Part shown: positions 20,281 through 30,459 of the stretch, piece by piece
Numbering within the stretch: position 1 is the first letter of the stretch
Layout: every line of letters begins with the position of its first letter
From: an uncultured archaeon
GTDB taxonomy: Archaea > Asgardarchaeota > Thorarchaeia > Thorarchaeales > Thorarchaeaceae
DNA length: 64,000 nucleotides
Reading direction: 5' to 3'
NCBI GenBank assembly: GCA_964473825.1
Contig: CAYYQL010000006.1
Location: 32,001 to 96,000 of the forward strand
Notes under the pieces: model-generated
Seen by the model: the letters and a program-made list of their open reading frames with translations, nothing else
The model's database searches: none
What the model was told of the DNA's origin: nothing
Program-made: the position numbers and the translations under genes

Positions 20281-22191
20281 ATGGGTTCTAACAACAATAA
20301 CCACGTAGATATAAGAGAGGCAGTGCTGAAAGCACTACCTCGCTCTGCAGCCATAAGCTCAGTTGAATACGAGGGGCCAGAGATAGCAATCTACTCCAAA
20401 GCACCTAAGATTCTACTTGACGATGGTAATATGATCAAATCACTTGCTCGCAAGATGAGGAAGAGATTGGTTGTCCGGTCAGCCCCTGAGGTGAGACTAG
20501 GGCATGAAGAAGCCGAAAAGACGGTGCGGGAGCTGGTTCCGGATGATGCAGAAATCACATCAATTGACTTTGACGAGTCACGTGGTGAAGTGATTATTGA
20601 AGCACAGAAACCGGGTCTTGTCATAGGGAGAGGAGGATCTACTCTACGCGAGATTACTCGGCAGACATTCTGGCGTCCGAATGTTATGAGGACTCCACCC
20701 ATTGAGAGCAAGCTCATCAAACAGATACGATACATAAACCAATCTGAGGCTGCCACCCGTAACAAGTCATTCAGAGAGATAGGTAGAAGGATACACCGAG
20801 CTCCATTGTTTGACAATAGCTGGATTCGGTTGACAGCCCTAGGTGGCTTTAGGGAGGTTGGGAGGCAATGTATGTTCTTGCAGACCTCAGAGAGCAATAT
20901 ACTGATTGACTGTGGTGTTAATGTCGGTACACCTAGTAAGGCATTTCCAAGGCTTGACATGCCCGAGCTAAGCGTTGACAAACTGGATGCCGTAGTCATC
21001 AGCCATGCGCACCTAGACCATTGTGGCATGGTGCCCTTCCTATTCAAGTATGGGTATAGAGGCCCGGTGTACATGACCGCTCCTACACTCAACCTCTCAA
21101 CGCTCCTACAACTCGACTATCTAGACGTTGCAGAGAGAGAAGGAAAACTTCGCCCCTATCGTGATAGAGACGTGAAAGAGGCCATTCTGCATACAATACC
21201 CCTCAGCTATGGAGAGGTCACAGACATCGCGCCAGACGTGAGACTCACTCTGCATAATGCGGGCCATATTCTCGGCTCGTCAATCATCCATCTCCACATA
21301 GGCGACGGGCAGTATAACCTGGCCTACACGGGTGACTTCAAGTTTGGAAGGTCGCGGCTTCTTGAGCCAGCAACATTCACATTTCCAAGACTCGAAACAC
21401 TGATTGTGGAGAGCACATACGGCCATCCAACCGACAAGATGCCACCGAGACAGGAGGTAGAACGAAGGTTTGCATCTCTGATCAAGAAGACCATCGGCCG
21501 TGGCGGAAAGGTCCTCATTCCTGTACTTGCAGTAGGAAGAGCCCAAGAGATTATGCTGGTACTAGAGGACCTAGCATCAAAGAATAGGATTCCTCGTGTG
21601 CCCGTATATATAGAAGGGATGATTGCACAAGCAACAGCAATTCATACCACTCATCCTGAGGCTTTGAGCAAGAAGATACGTGAGATGATTTTCCATCAGG
21701 GCGTGAACCCGTTCCTTAATGATATATTTGTGCAAGTAGACAATCCGGATCAGAGAGAAGAGATAGTTGAGGGTGAGCCCTGTGTGATTATGGCTACTTC
21801 AGGCATGCTTGCCGGAGGACCCAGTGTTGACTATTTCAGGCTCCTAGCCCCAGAGGAGAAGAATATGATGATGTTTGTGAGCTATCAGGGTGAAGGCACT
21901 CTTGGTCGTCGAATTCAGAAGGGGTGGAAAGAGATACAGATGAGGAATCGAGAGGGAAATACCACCATGGTTCCGGTCAACCTTCAAGTTGAAACTGTTG
22001 AGGGTTTCTCAGGTCACTCGGATAGGAAACAGATTCTCAACTTCGTGAAGCGCGTTCAACCCCACCCAGAGAGGGTTCTGACATGTCATGGTGAAGCGTC
22101 GAAGTGTCTGAACCTGGCGTCTACAATACACAAGGCTCTCAAAGTAGACACAAAGGCCTTGATGGTCACAGAAAGCGTGAAACTGCGATAG
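20281..22191 (+). CDS. fttA: KH-domain beta-CASP ribonuclease aCPSF1 (transcription termination factor)
   Basis: N-terminal KH domains (EYEGPE, KPGLVIG), HAHLDH and GFSGHSD; next to psmB as usual. Confidence 0.95.
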   Translation: MGSNNNNHVDIREAVLKALPRSAAISSVEYEGPEIAIYSKAPKILLDDGNMIKSLARKMRKRLVVRSAPEVRLGHEEAEKTVRELVPDDAEITSIDFDESRGEVIIEAQKPGLVIGRGGSTLREITRQTFWRPNVMRTPPIESKLIKQIRYINQSEAATRNKSFREIGRRIHRAPLFDNSWIRLTALGGFREVGRQCMFLQTSESNILIDCGVNVGTPSKAFPRLDMPELSVDKLDAVVISHAHLDHCGMVPFLFKYGYRGPVYMTAPTLNLSTLLQLDYLDVAEREGKLRPYRDRDVKEAILHTIPLSYGEVTDIAPDVRLTLHNAGHILGSSIIHLHIGDGQYNLAYTGDFKFGRSRLLEPATFTFPRLETLIVESTYGHPTDKMPPRQEVERRFASLIKKTIGRGGKVLIPVLAVGRAQEIMLVLEDLASKNRIPRVPVYIEGMIAQATAIHTTHPEALSKKIREMIFHQGVNPFLNDIFVQVDNPDQREEIVEGEPCVIMATSGMLAGGPSVDYFRLLAPEEKNMMMFVSYQGEGTLGRRIQKGWKEIQMRNREGNTTMVPVNLQVETVEGFSGHSDRKQILNFVKRVQPHPERVLTCHGEASKCLNLASTIHKALKVDTKALMVTESVKLR

Positions 22192-22242
22192 TGGGGTTGA
22201 GATTGTAGCAGACGGTTGGGCACAGACGAACACATCTGAAGA

Positions 22243-22635
22243 TCAGATCTCGACAAATGAGGGAGCAACAATTACACAGTCATCGTTTACGAGGGCAAGA
22301 TCTGCCTGAATGCCTCTCGTTTCCCCCCGTATGCGTTCGATTATACGTTTCAATTCAAGGTGGCTCTGTTCGCCACCATTGTTCAAACGCGAGATGTCCA
22401 ACAACATTATGCGTCCTTCTTTAACCTCATTAACAACGCAAGGAACATCTTCAAGCGATTTGATTCTCTTTGATCGGATGTATATCCTATCAAGCTCAGC
22501 CAATCGCTTGCACTCCTGTAGAGGGTCATCTTGAGAGATTCTGTGGGCTGGAGAGAAGATACCTAAGCCGCCCGTCTTCTTCTCTTCTTCATCTGACTCA
22601 TCATTCTTATCCTTTCGCCCGAACGGGAAACGCAA
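22243..22635 (-). CDS. sepF: Archaeal SepF-like cell division protein
   Basis: EVKEGRIMLLDI, ELKRIIERIR and ADLA...VIVAP pattern. Confidence 0.7.
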   Translation of the reverse strand: MRFPFGRKDKNDESDEEEKKTGGLGIFSPAHRISQDDPLQECKRLAELDRIYIRSKRIKSLEDVPCVVNEVKEGRIMLLDISRLNNGGEQSHLELKRIIERIRGETRGIQADLALVNDDCVIVAPSFVEI

Positions 22636-22779
22636 ATCGTGCCACCTCTTGCTACACTCAGAGAGTGCTTTGAGGTCTGAAAAGACCGTGTATTACTAAG
22701 TTGATGAAAACTCTTTCCAGAAGACTGTATCCAGTGATGAGTGAAATGACCTATATAGATGCCACAATCATAGAAGTGA

Positions 22780-25470
22780 GTGGTTCTGATGCCGAGTGAT
22801 GAATTATCGGACTCGGAGATGTCTGATCTCAAGTCGCGCTTGAAGGCCCTTGGCAACCGTTATGCCCTACAGAGCCTTGAGGTCCTCAGTCCAAAAACGG
22901 GCGAGATCATCCCAGAACTTGGTTGGGATGAGATTGTGGAAGGGATTCTGGCTCTTGAAGGATATGACAAACCAGAGAGGCAAGAGAGGAGAGAACGGAC
23001 GCACGAGCAGGTCATCTATGAAGAAGAGAAGGGGAGGTTGGCATCAGGAGGTACCCTCTATGAGAGCATGAATAAGCTGGTCAAGATAGGATTTGTCCAG
23101 GCCAGGGGAGAGAGGGGCAGAAAGAATAGACGTTTCAGGATAACTCATGATGGGCGACTCGCACTCTCAGCCATAAAGACGATGCAGGGCCTAATCGGAG
23201 GAGATACCGAAGTCAGTAAGACCGCAAGAGTTCTCCTTCGACACAAGAACTTTGTGAGCCTGCTTCCAGGACAGGAGAAGTTCCTCCGAGAGATTGACAA
23301 AGTTGAGAAGAATTTAGTAATCCAGATGCCACCTGGTTCGGGCAAGACCTTCCTGGCGATGATTATGATCGTCATCCATCTCCAAGCGGGAGAGAAGTGC
23401 ATCTATCTCACACCCTATACATCATTGAACAGACAGATTATTGACGAGTACGGTGAGCTGTTTGAGCAACTGGACTATTCTGTGGTGAAGTATGATGCGC
23501 AGTCCCGAGTCACGGAACGTGACCTAGAAGAGGCAGACCTCGTGGTGGGCATCTACGAGTCAGTCCTCTTTTCTCTGATGCATCAGAGGGATTGGACGCG
23601 AAGGATTGGGCTGGCAGTCATTGATGAATTGACTGAACTCGATTCTCTCACAAAACGTGTGCAGCCACAGAATCTTGGGACTGATAGGAGTTCTCGGCTG
23701 GATTTCCTGATTACTCTGTTGAAAGAGAAGGCACAAATCATCACGCTCTCGTCACGATTCGGGGAAACGGAGGAGGTCCTTGCATGGCTGAATGCAGATA
23801 TCTTCCGCCCGACCTTTAGACTGCAGCCAGATGAGTTCCTTGTGACACAGGGACAAGATGGTGCAATCATTGTAAGCAGTGACGGAGTACAGAGATGCAG
23901 ATGTAACGAGAAGAATCTGATAGATGCAGTGCATGAACATATAGACGATTACAAGACGAAGTCCATGCTATTCGTGGTTGGAACCCGACTGGGAGCGGAA
24001 GAACTCGCCAAGTGGTTGGCGAAGTCCCATCCCAGAGAAACATACAAGGGGGTCATCGAGAGGGTAGTAGGTCCCGCAGAGCGGACTTCACTAACTTCTT
24101 CTCTGTCTGAAACCTTAGAAAAGGGGATTGCATTCCACCATGCCGGGCTGCAGATCTCTCTCCGAGGGCGACTAGAGCAAGAAATCAAGAATGGCAGAAT
24201 CAAGTGTGTAGTTTCGACCACGGGAATAACTGCGGGAACCAGTTTTCCTTTCGACTCTGTAGTACTGGTCTTTGATGGTTCGCTTGAATTCCTCAGAACG
24301 CGCTCAAGATACCTACAAGTTTCCGGGCGAATAGGAGAATACCATCTTCATCGTCATGGAGGCAGTGTTTACTTGGTCTTTCTCCAACCCTCTCGGAGGT
24401 TCAGAACGGTTGATGACTTGCGTGACAGGCTTCTTCACTCACAGCTTGGACCTCTTACTCCAAATGCAGTAGATCCAATCTCCTTTACAGACCTCGTATC
24501 AAGAGAGATGTCGGAAAGCACCAGATTCAAACCTGACAGCCTGAAAGAGAGGGTGCTGAGACTCCTCAGAGGAAGTTTCAACGCCTTCATAGATGACGAC
24601 TATATCAACAAGTCTGAAAGAGATGTGGAAGCTCTGATCAAGTGGATGAAAGGCAGACGGTTGGTTGAGTCAACTGGTCAGTTCCTGAAACCAGCCACAG
24701 AAACAAGAGCCGCAATTCAGGCAGGACTCAGCATAATCGATTATGAACGAGTCCGAAGCACCCTTGCTTCACTCGATGAAACGGCTGAGCAGGAAGCCCT
24801 CATAGACATACTTCTGGAATTCAGACTTGTACAGTCAGCAAGACCTCGAACTGTAATGCCATCAGAGATCGAACTCTACTTGGCAGAACTAGCGAAGCCA
24901 GAGGGGTGGCTCCTAGAATTGACCGATGGTCGAAGGACTGTGAAGAGGCAGGCTCTCTTAGATTGGATATCGGAGATGACCATGGCAGAAGTGATAGGCC
25001 ATGCAGAACAAACAGCAGAGAACCTTAAGGTGGGCGACAGACCAGTTTGGGGATCCAGCTTGGACGATGGGGACTTGGTCAGCCTTGTGAACTGGTCCAG
25101 TGCCATTGCATTTACGATATCAGACTATCTTGGTAGAACTGGTGCAGACACGCTGTCCCAACGTTTCGAAACTCTAGGAAACCAGCTGAAGTACGGAGTG
25201 AAGCAGGACTTGGCCGAATCGGACTTGTTGAGGCTGGGGTTAAGAGATGATACAGGAGCATTATCGAGATCGGTTTCCCGTGCCGAGGCACGGACACTCT
25301 ATGAACATGGATACCATTCGATTGAGCAAGTGGTGAAGAAAGATGTGGATGCCTCAAAAGAGGGCTTGGCTAGAGAGCGCTTTGCGGCAAAATCTGGGCT
25401 GGACAAAGGTCTAGCATTGCGCATCTACAAATCCGCTCTAAGAGTAGTCCGACAAAGGCTTTCGGAGTAG
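22780..25470 (+). CDS. Hel308/Ski2-like SF2 helicase with N-terminal winged-HTH extension
   Basis: MPPGSGKT, IDELTE, GIAFHHAGL and QVSGRIG; N-terminal GGTLYESMNKLVKIGFV...FRITHDG wHTH-like segment. Confidence 0.85.
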   Translation: MVLMPSDELSDSEMSDLKSRLKALGNRYALQSLEVLSPKTGEIIPELGWDEIVEGILALEGYDKPERQERRERTHEQVIYEEEKGRLASGGTLYESMNKLVKIGFVQARGERGRKNRRFRITHDGRLALSAIKTMQGLIGGDTEVSKTARVLLRHKNFVSLLPGQEKFLREIDKVEKNLVIQMPPGSGKTFLAMIMIVIHLQAGEKCIYLTPYTSLNRQIIDEYGELFEQLDYSVVKYDAQSRVTERDLEEADLVVGIYESVLFSLMHQRDWTRRIGLAVIDELTELDSLTKRVQPQNLGTDRSSRLDFLITLLKEKAQIITLSSRFGETEEVLAWLNADIFRPTFRLQPDEFLVTQGQDGAIIVSSDGVQRCRCNEKNLIDAVHEHIDDYKTKSMLFVVGTRLGAEELAKWLAKSHPRETYKGVIERVVGPAERTSLTSSLSETLEKGIAFHHAGLQISLRGRLEQEIKNGRIKCVVSTTGITAGTSFPFDSVVLVFDGSLEFLRTRSRYLQVSGRIGEYHLHRHGGSVYLVFLQPSRRFRTVDDLRDRLLHSQLGPLTPNAVDPISFTDLVSREMSESTRFKPDSLKERVLRLLRGSFNAFIDDDYINKSERDVEALIKWMKGRRLVESTGQFLKPATETRAAIQAGLSIIDYERVRSTLASLDETAEQEALIDILLEFRLVQSARPRTVMPSEIELYLAELAKPEGWLLELTDGRRTVKRQALLDWISEMTMAEVIGHAEQTAENLKVGDRPVWGSSLDDGDLVSLVNWSSAIAFTISDYLGRTGADTLSQRFETLGNQLKYGVKQDLAESDLLRLGLRDDTGALSRSVSRAEARTLYEHGYHSIEQVVKKDVDASKEGLARERFAAKSGLDKGLALRIYKSALRVVRQRLSE

Positions 25471-25474
25471 GCAT

Positions 25475-25981
25475 TCATTCTTTACCGAATTCCCAGAGCT
25501 CGTCACCCACATGGTGCTTCGAAAGGATGGCTTTTCCTTTCTTTGAGGAACGGATTTCGTCGGCATCCATCGTGGCAATACCTACGGCAAGAGGTTTGCT
25601 ATGGCGTTCATCAACAATGGACACCAATGCCCCCTTCTGCACCTCGTCGTCAACCGCGGTGATGCCTGGTCGCATGATGTCCGCACCGTTTGCGACGAAT
25701 CGTATAGCACCCATATCCACAGTGACTTCAGGTAACGAAACAAAATCATCCAGAAGCGCCCGAAGAGACGGAATCATCTTGCCCTCGGATTCGAAGAAGA
25801 GGATCTCTCCCTCATATAGAATGACGCGGCTCCCATCATCCGTGATCGCCTCCTCAAGCCTGCTGCCTTCTGGGAGGGTAATCTCTGTGCCCAGCTCGCT
25901 CTCGAAGGATGCAACCATCTGACCTTGGTCGCGCTCTTTCATGAGGTGTCGTTTCTTTATGCGTTCAATACGTGGCATCAT
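25475..25981 (-). CDS. PUA-domain RNA-binding protein (DUF1947/MCTS1-like)
   Basis: VTVDMGAIRFVANGADIMRPGI and HHVGDELW motifs. Confidence 0.92.
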   Translation of the reverse strand: MMPRIERIKKRHLMKERDQGQMVASFESELGTEITLPEGSRLEEAITDDGSRVILYEGEILFFESEGKMIPSLRALLDDFVSLPEVTVDMGAIRFVANGADIMRPGITAVDDEVQKGALVSIVDERHSKPLAVGIATMDADEIRSSKKGKAILSKHHVGDELWEFGKE

Positions 25982-26141
25982 GAAATCGACCCCCGTCCAC
26001 CTTTTGAAAGCTCCGCAAGAGGATCAGTAAATGAGAAATCTCCACTTACTCATCGTCATCTTTAAAAGCCGAGTCCAGAGCTTTGCGCCAGCGTCGGGAG
26101 CTCAAAGGCTATACGACGAGGGTTCTGTACTGGTGATATCA

Positions 26142-26399
26142 GTGAACGCAGGTAGACCGATGGATTTGCTTCAGAAGTCGATTGGCGCGCAGGTGCTTGT
26201 CGAACTGAAGGGTAAGAAGAAACTGAGAGGGAAACTGCGGGGATATGACCAACATCTGAACCTGATCCTCGAGGATGCTGATGAGATATCCTTTGACGAC
26301 GAAGCAGGACAAGAGATAATCGAGGTCATCAAGACCGTGATTGTCAGAGGCGATAATGTCGTGCTGGTATCGCCACCCCCAAAATCAGCTAGGGAGTAG
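26142..26399 (+). CDS. Sm-like (Lsm/SmAP1) protein
   Basis: [14 protein letters not shown] and VIVRGDNV; GTG start after GGTGA; upstream of rpl37e. Confidence 0.92.
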   Translation: MNAGRPMDLLQKSIGAQVLVELKGKKKLRGKLRGYDQHLNLILEDADEISFDDEAGQEIIEVIKTVIVRGDNVVLVSPPPKSARE

Positions 26400-26406
26400 A
26401 ACAATA

Positions 26407-26595
26407 ATGGGAAAGGGAACTCCGTCAAAAGGCAAGAAGAACAATCCTCACCATATCAGATGCAGGCGATGTGGTAGAAGATCATATCATGTGAGAAATA
26501 AGCGATGTGCTGCCTGTGGATTCGGAGTCTCCAGCAAGATTCGGAGCTACAGCTGGGCTCATAAGAAGGTCAACGGGACACGAATTCGCGGTTAG
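26407..26595 (+). CDS. rpl37e: 50S ribosomal protein L37e
   Basis: [23 protein letters not shown] and CAACGF motifs. Confidence 0.96.
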   Translation: MGKGTPSKGKKNNPHHIRCRRCGRRSYHVRNKRCAACGFGVSSKIRSYSWAHKKVNGTRIRG

Positions 26596-26646
26596 ATTTC
26601 ATCCCTCATTGTCATTACTTCATTTTATATTATCCAAGCGAATACA

Positions 26647-27021
26647 ATGAGTATGAGCTCTCAGAAACTGGTCTTTGTATACAATGCTGACAGTGGCATC
26701 ACGAACGTGATGAAGGACTTCTTTCACAGATTTGTATCACCTGCAACGTATCCATGTAATCTGTGCGCAGTCACCTATGGCAACTTCGGAATGAAGGGCT
26801 CGTGGAAATCGTTTGTGGAGAGTCTTGAGGTGCCAGTGGCGTTCCTGCACAAGGATGAGTTTAGCGAAGAATACGCGATTCAGAGCGCAGAACTTCCGTC
26901 AGCATTCATCGAAGAAGAGGGGAAGCTGGAATACTTCATCACAGCGGAGGAGATGAACGCCGTCGTGTCAGTGGATGAGCTCAAGACTCTAGTCAGACGA
27001 AAGCTGGATGAGCAATTCTAA
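26647..27021 (+). CDS. Conserved hypothetical protein with CxxC
   Basis: FVYNADSG...SPATYPCNLCAVTYG; codon-like composition. Confidence 0.65.
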   Translation: MSMSSQKLVFVYNADSGITNVMKDFFHRFVSPATYPCNLCAVTYGNFGMKGSWKSFVESLEVPVAFLHKDEFSEEYAIQSAELPSAFIEEEGKLEYFITAEEMNAVVSVDELKTLVRRKLDEQF

Positions 27022-27083
27022 GGATTGGTCATAAGTCGAAAATTTATTGGGTTCTTTAAGCGCCATCACAATCAGACTATGAT

Positions 27084-28940
27084 TTGAGAATGTCTGAAGA
27101 TGGGAAAAGATTCCTATATGGCATTGAGATAGCTGACATCCGACGAACCAGTTTTGAGCAGCTTACCGACCCGATTCAAGGGAAATCGCCAAGAGAATCT
27201 AGGTTTCTGCATAGATATGCGGATTCACTAGAAATAAGGAATAACCCAGCAGTTGATTCGAATCGCCTGGGTGAGAAGCCGATAAGTGACCTCTCGAGAG
27301 AGATGGGGGACTGGTTCTCCAAGGAATCAGGTGATAGACACAGTCTGCATTCCAAACTCGCTTTGAAGAATAGAATTCGGGATACACAGGAAATTCAGAA
27401 TCGGAGGAACGAAGCAGACAGAGAGGAAAGTCTGGAAGGCGACGGATTTCGAGTCGCCGTCAAACGAGGTGGCTCTATTCGGGATATCGAGAAACTCGCA
27501 GGCATTATATGCGGCGAAACTGAGAGAGATGGTAGGCGGGTTTCTTTCTACGAACTCAATCTTGACGGTCTAGACGATGAGAGTCTACGCAGATTCAAAC
27601 AAGCAGCTGATGATAACAAAAGAGTTCTTGAAGCGAATCTCAGAGAACGGATTCGGTTGAAGGGTCGCTATGAAGAACTCAGGGTTGGTCTAGCCGGTCT
27701 TCGTGTGTATGTCTGGAAGATCAATCGAACGCCAGACGATATGCTCAACGTCTGGGGCGACCGATATTTCTACTTCAAAAAAGGCGAATATGCCACGATC
27801 ATCGATAGGCTAAGCTCAGAATTGCAGCTACCGGAGGAGAAGTCGGAGAGAGCTAAGCATCTCAACGAGCTTATTCGAAACATGATTTCAGAGGATGCCA
27901 CAAGCAAGATTCTGCATCGAAAGGCCAGACCGCGTCTAATCGGAGATTTCCTCCACTTTATTCGTGACACAATAGGTGTGGACAATGCCTACTTCGAGGG
28001 GAAGATGACCAAGGTGACTTCACGATTCAATAGAGGTGCGATAGATAATCCCAAGCTCCCTACTGGACAAACACTTGAGATACTACGCGCAAAACTTGGA
28101 GCGGTTGTCAATAGTGATTGTTGGATCGGCGGAAACGGAATAATGTGGTACTATGAAGGCAATGTTGATCGCATAAGAATCGTGGAGAAGCTGTTTCAGC
28201 AACTTGGTGACATCAAGATGAAGATGGCAGAGGCGGAAAACAACACAAGCTACAGAATGCTTATGCCGCGCCACATCGGGAGAGCATTCATCTATTGGGG
28301 GTTTACAACCGATGACAAATCGATACGAAACCAGAGGCTAGTTGAGAGCATTCGAGAAGGCGCCCGTGAGGTGTGGAGTCACTATCTCAGAGAACTAATA
28401 CCGGAAGATGGATCGTTCAATAACATGAGCGGTTTTCAATGGAGCCGCTCGATTGTATTGAATCCCGGCCGGCAGGATGAAAAATACGGCGTGGCTCCCA
28501 AATTGAATGCTAGTCAGGTTTCATTCATCAAGGAGAATGGACGTCATGACAAGAAGAGAGGATATATTCACCTCCAGCTTACTGACTACCTCAAGGCCGA
28601 AGAAGAATCAAAGACTGAAGTCGTCAAGAGCTTCAAAGAGGTAGTTTCAGAGAACAGATGCAAGGTGTTAGACGATGAGGCAGGTCTTGCAGAGAATCTA
28701 GGGATAGGGGTGAGAATCTATCCAGAATGCATAACGCTATACGAAGGAACCGGAAGGGTTTCAATCAAATGGGTCGCTACTACGCAGGACGCGGAGAATA
28801 CCATCAGATGGTGTCTCATCGCGATGCCAGATGACATCCGAAAACGTGGGCTTGTGCAAGACTGGCTGGCTGAAAGGCCGGACGATGTTGAGAGAGTCAG
28901 AAGACAACTCGAACATCGTGGGCTTCTGGAGAAGGAATGA
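27084..28940 (+). CDS. Hypothetical protein with two degenerate LAGLIDADG-like motifs
   Basis: 618-aa ORF; LGAVVNSDCWI and YLRELIPEDGSF about 100 aa apart. Confidence 0.6.
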   Translation: MRMSEDGKRFLYGIEIADIRRTSFEQLTDPIQGKSPRESRFLHRYADSLEIRNNPAVDSNRLGEKPISDLSREMGDWFSKESGDRHSLHSKLALKNRIRDTQEIQNRRNEADREESLEGDGFRVAVKRGGSIRDIEKLAGIICGETERDGRRVSFYELNLDGLDDESLRRFKQAADDNKRVLEANLRERIRLKGRYEELRVGLAGLRVYVWKINRTPDDMLNVWGDRYFYFKKGEYATIIDRLSSELQLPEEKSERAKHLNELIRNMISEDATSKILHRKARPRLIGDFLHFIRDTIGVDNAYFEGKMTKVTSRFNRGAIDNPKLPTGQTLEILRAKLGAVVNSDCWIGGNGIMWYYEGNVDRIRIVEKLFQQLGDIKMKMAEAENNTSYRMLMPRHIGRAFIYWGFTTDDKSIRNQRLVESIREGAREVWSHYLRELIPEDGSFNNMSGFQWSRSIVLNPGRQDEKYGVAPKLNASQVSFIKENGRHDKKRGYIHLQLTDYLKAEEESKTEVVKSFKEVVSENRCKVLDDEAGLAENLGIGVRIYPECITLYEGTGRVSIKWVATTQDAENTIRWCLIAMPDDIRKRGLVQDWLAERPDDVERVRRQLEHRGLLEKE

Positions 28941-28941
28941 A

Positions 28942-29078
28942 TGGTGGACCGGACGTGATTTGAACACGTGACCTCTTCCAGTTTGGAAGTCAGGCTAGTC
29001 CTTGACAGCTGCCAAGGAAGCGATCTATATCCCTGTGGCCTCAAGAATGAGGCTACAACCGGGCTAATCTACCGGCCC
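28942..29078 (-). tRNA. tRNA-Ala(GGC) with two introns (D-loop 29058-29028; canonical 37/38 29009-28981)
   Basis: Removing 31 and 29 nt gives a 77-nt cloverleaf with G3:U70, TTGGCAT loop, TTCAAAT and CCA; BHB-like junctions. Confidence 0.9.
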
Positions 29079-29220
29079 ACGTGTTGATTTCGAGTTCGTG
29101 AACAGATGGTTAAAAGAATTGTGGAGTGTATTGTGAGGGAATCAACGAATGCTCAGCTGCATTTCGCATAGTTCTCAACTGGGGCCACAACAGGTTTGTC
29201 ATCTGATTTGAACTTCATCT

Positions 29221-29766
29221 CTATTGGAGGACCAAGGGGGAGAGAAGCCGATCCGATTCTGACAACTGAAGCCGAGTGACAAGTACTGCAACCTGTGAAA
29301 GGAAGTGGTACAGTGCCAATCCCTCGTAATCATCTGGAGTGATCTCAGTCAAGTAGAGCAGCCTGTACCGATGGTCACAGGCTCTGACCAAGAATCGGTT
29401 TCTTTCGAATCTATAGACCCAGGCAAGAGTGACCTCGTCCTATTGGACATATGGAGGGTCGAAGAAGCAGGCGGGAATGATTCGTCCATTCTTGATTATG
29501 CTTCTAACTGACTCTTTGACTGGCTCTGTATTGGTCCATGCGGCCCTGAAAGCAAAGATGAATGCTGAGAGGTTCCCATCGCTATGATTTCTGAGATAGA
29601 AGAGAAGGGAAATCACTCTGCGTGTGATGTAATGGTGGCCTGGGTGATCCGGCGGATTCTTCGGAATCAGGCTGAACAAGTCAGATGCCGTGTCACTATC
29701 TCCATGGTAGATGCAAACTGTTTCAGGAAAATCATGATGGAAGCAACGGCGTAGATTCCATCCCAT
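29221..29766 (-). pseudogene. Hypothetical ORF interrupted by in-frame TAG at 29440-29442
   Basis: Frame stays open about 72 codons past the TAG (DEVTLAWVYRFERNRFLVRAC...). Confidence 0.35.
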
Positions 29767-29807
29767 TCATCATCCACGCTAGAACAACGTATTGAAAAAG
29801 CCTGAAG

Positions 29808-30395
29808 GTGCGGAGAGATACTATGAGCCACGAGTCGGACATCTTCACGACACCTGTTCAGAGGATTCCTCTAAGATACCTACCGGAGGAGGGGCTAGTT
29901 CTAGACATCGGCGGAGGCGGTGAGGGTTTAGTTTCAAGGCTGGAGGGAGAACGGGTCTGCGCGGTGGACATTCTTTTGAACAAAATCAGGGAGGTCCGAA
30001 TCTACGGTGTCAGGTCCCAGTGGATACAGGGCGACGCACGGAACCTGGGAATCAGAGATAGAACCTTCGATATCGTGGCCTGTTGGTTCTCGTTGGGCTA
30101 CCTGTCTGAAGTAGATGCTAAGAGGCAAGTGCTTGTGGAGGGCCATCGCGTGCTCAGGACGGAGGGACTGTTATCGATTATTGGCATGAGCATACCGGGG
30201 GATGTGGTCAAGCATGTATTTGATGCTGAGTTTATCTTTCCAGACGGCTATATCTCAAAGATGAGTTATGCGGTATCAGGAACTCAATACCAAACGATGG
30301 AGTCACTCATCGCTCTAGGGCAAGAGATAGGATTCACTCTTCAGTGTGCATTGGACCATGAACACTGGTTCGAAATCACTATGAGGAAAACATGA
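29808..30395 (+). CDS. Class I SAM-dependent methyltransferase
   Basis: VLDIGGGGEG, GDARNL..D..FD and HRVLRTEG motifs. Confidence 0.85.
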   Translation: MRRDTMSHESDIFTTPVQRIPLRYLPEEGLVLDIGGGGEGLVSRLEGERVCAVDILLNKIREVRIYGVRSQWIQGDARNLGIRDRTFDIVACWFSLGYLSEVDAKRQVLVEGHRVLRTEGLLSIIGMSIPGDVVKHVFDAEFIFPDGYISKMSYAVSGTQYQTMESLIALGQEIGFTLQCALDHEHWFEITMRKT

Positions 30396-30459
30396 GTTTC
30401 TATGTTCCAAAAGCTTAAAGTGCGGACCAAAAACCTAGCGGGTAGACTGACGATTCAAG

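Noticed and set aside
22700-22840. Possible C/D-box sRNA (several TGATGA and CTGA)
   Set aside because: No clear D'/C' boxes or terminal stem, and it overlaps the helicase start.
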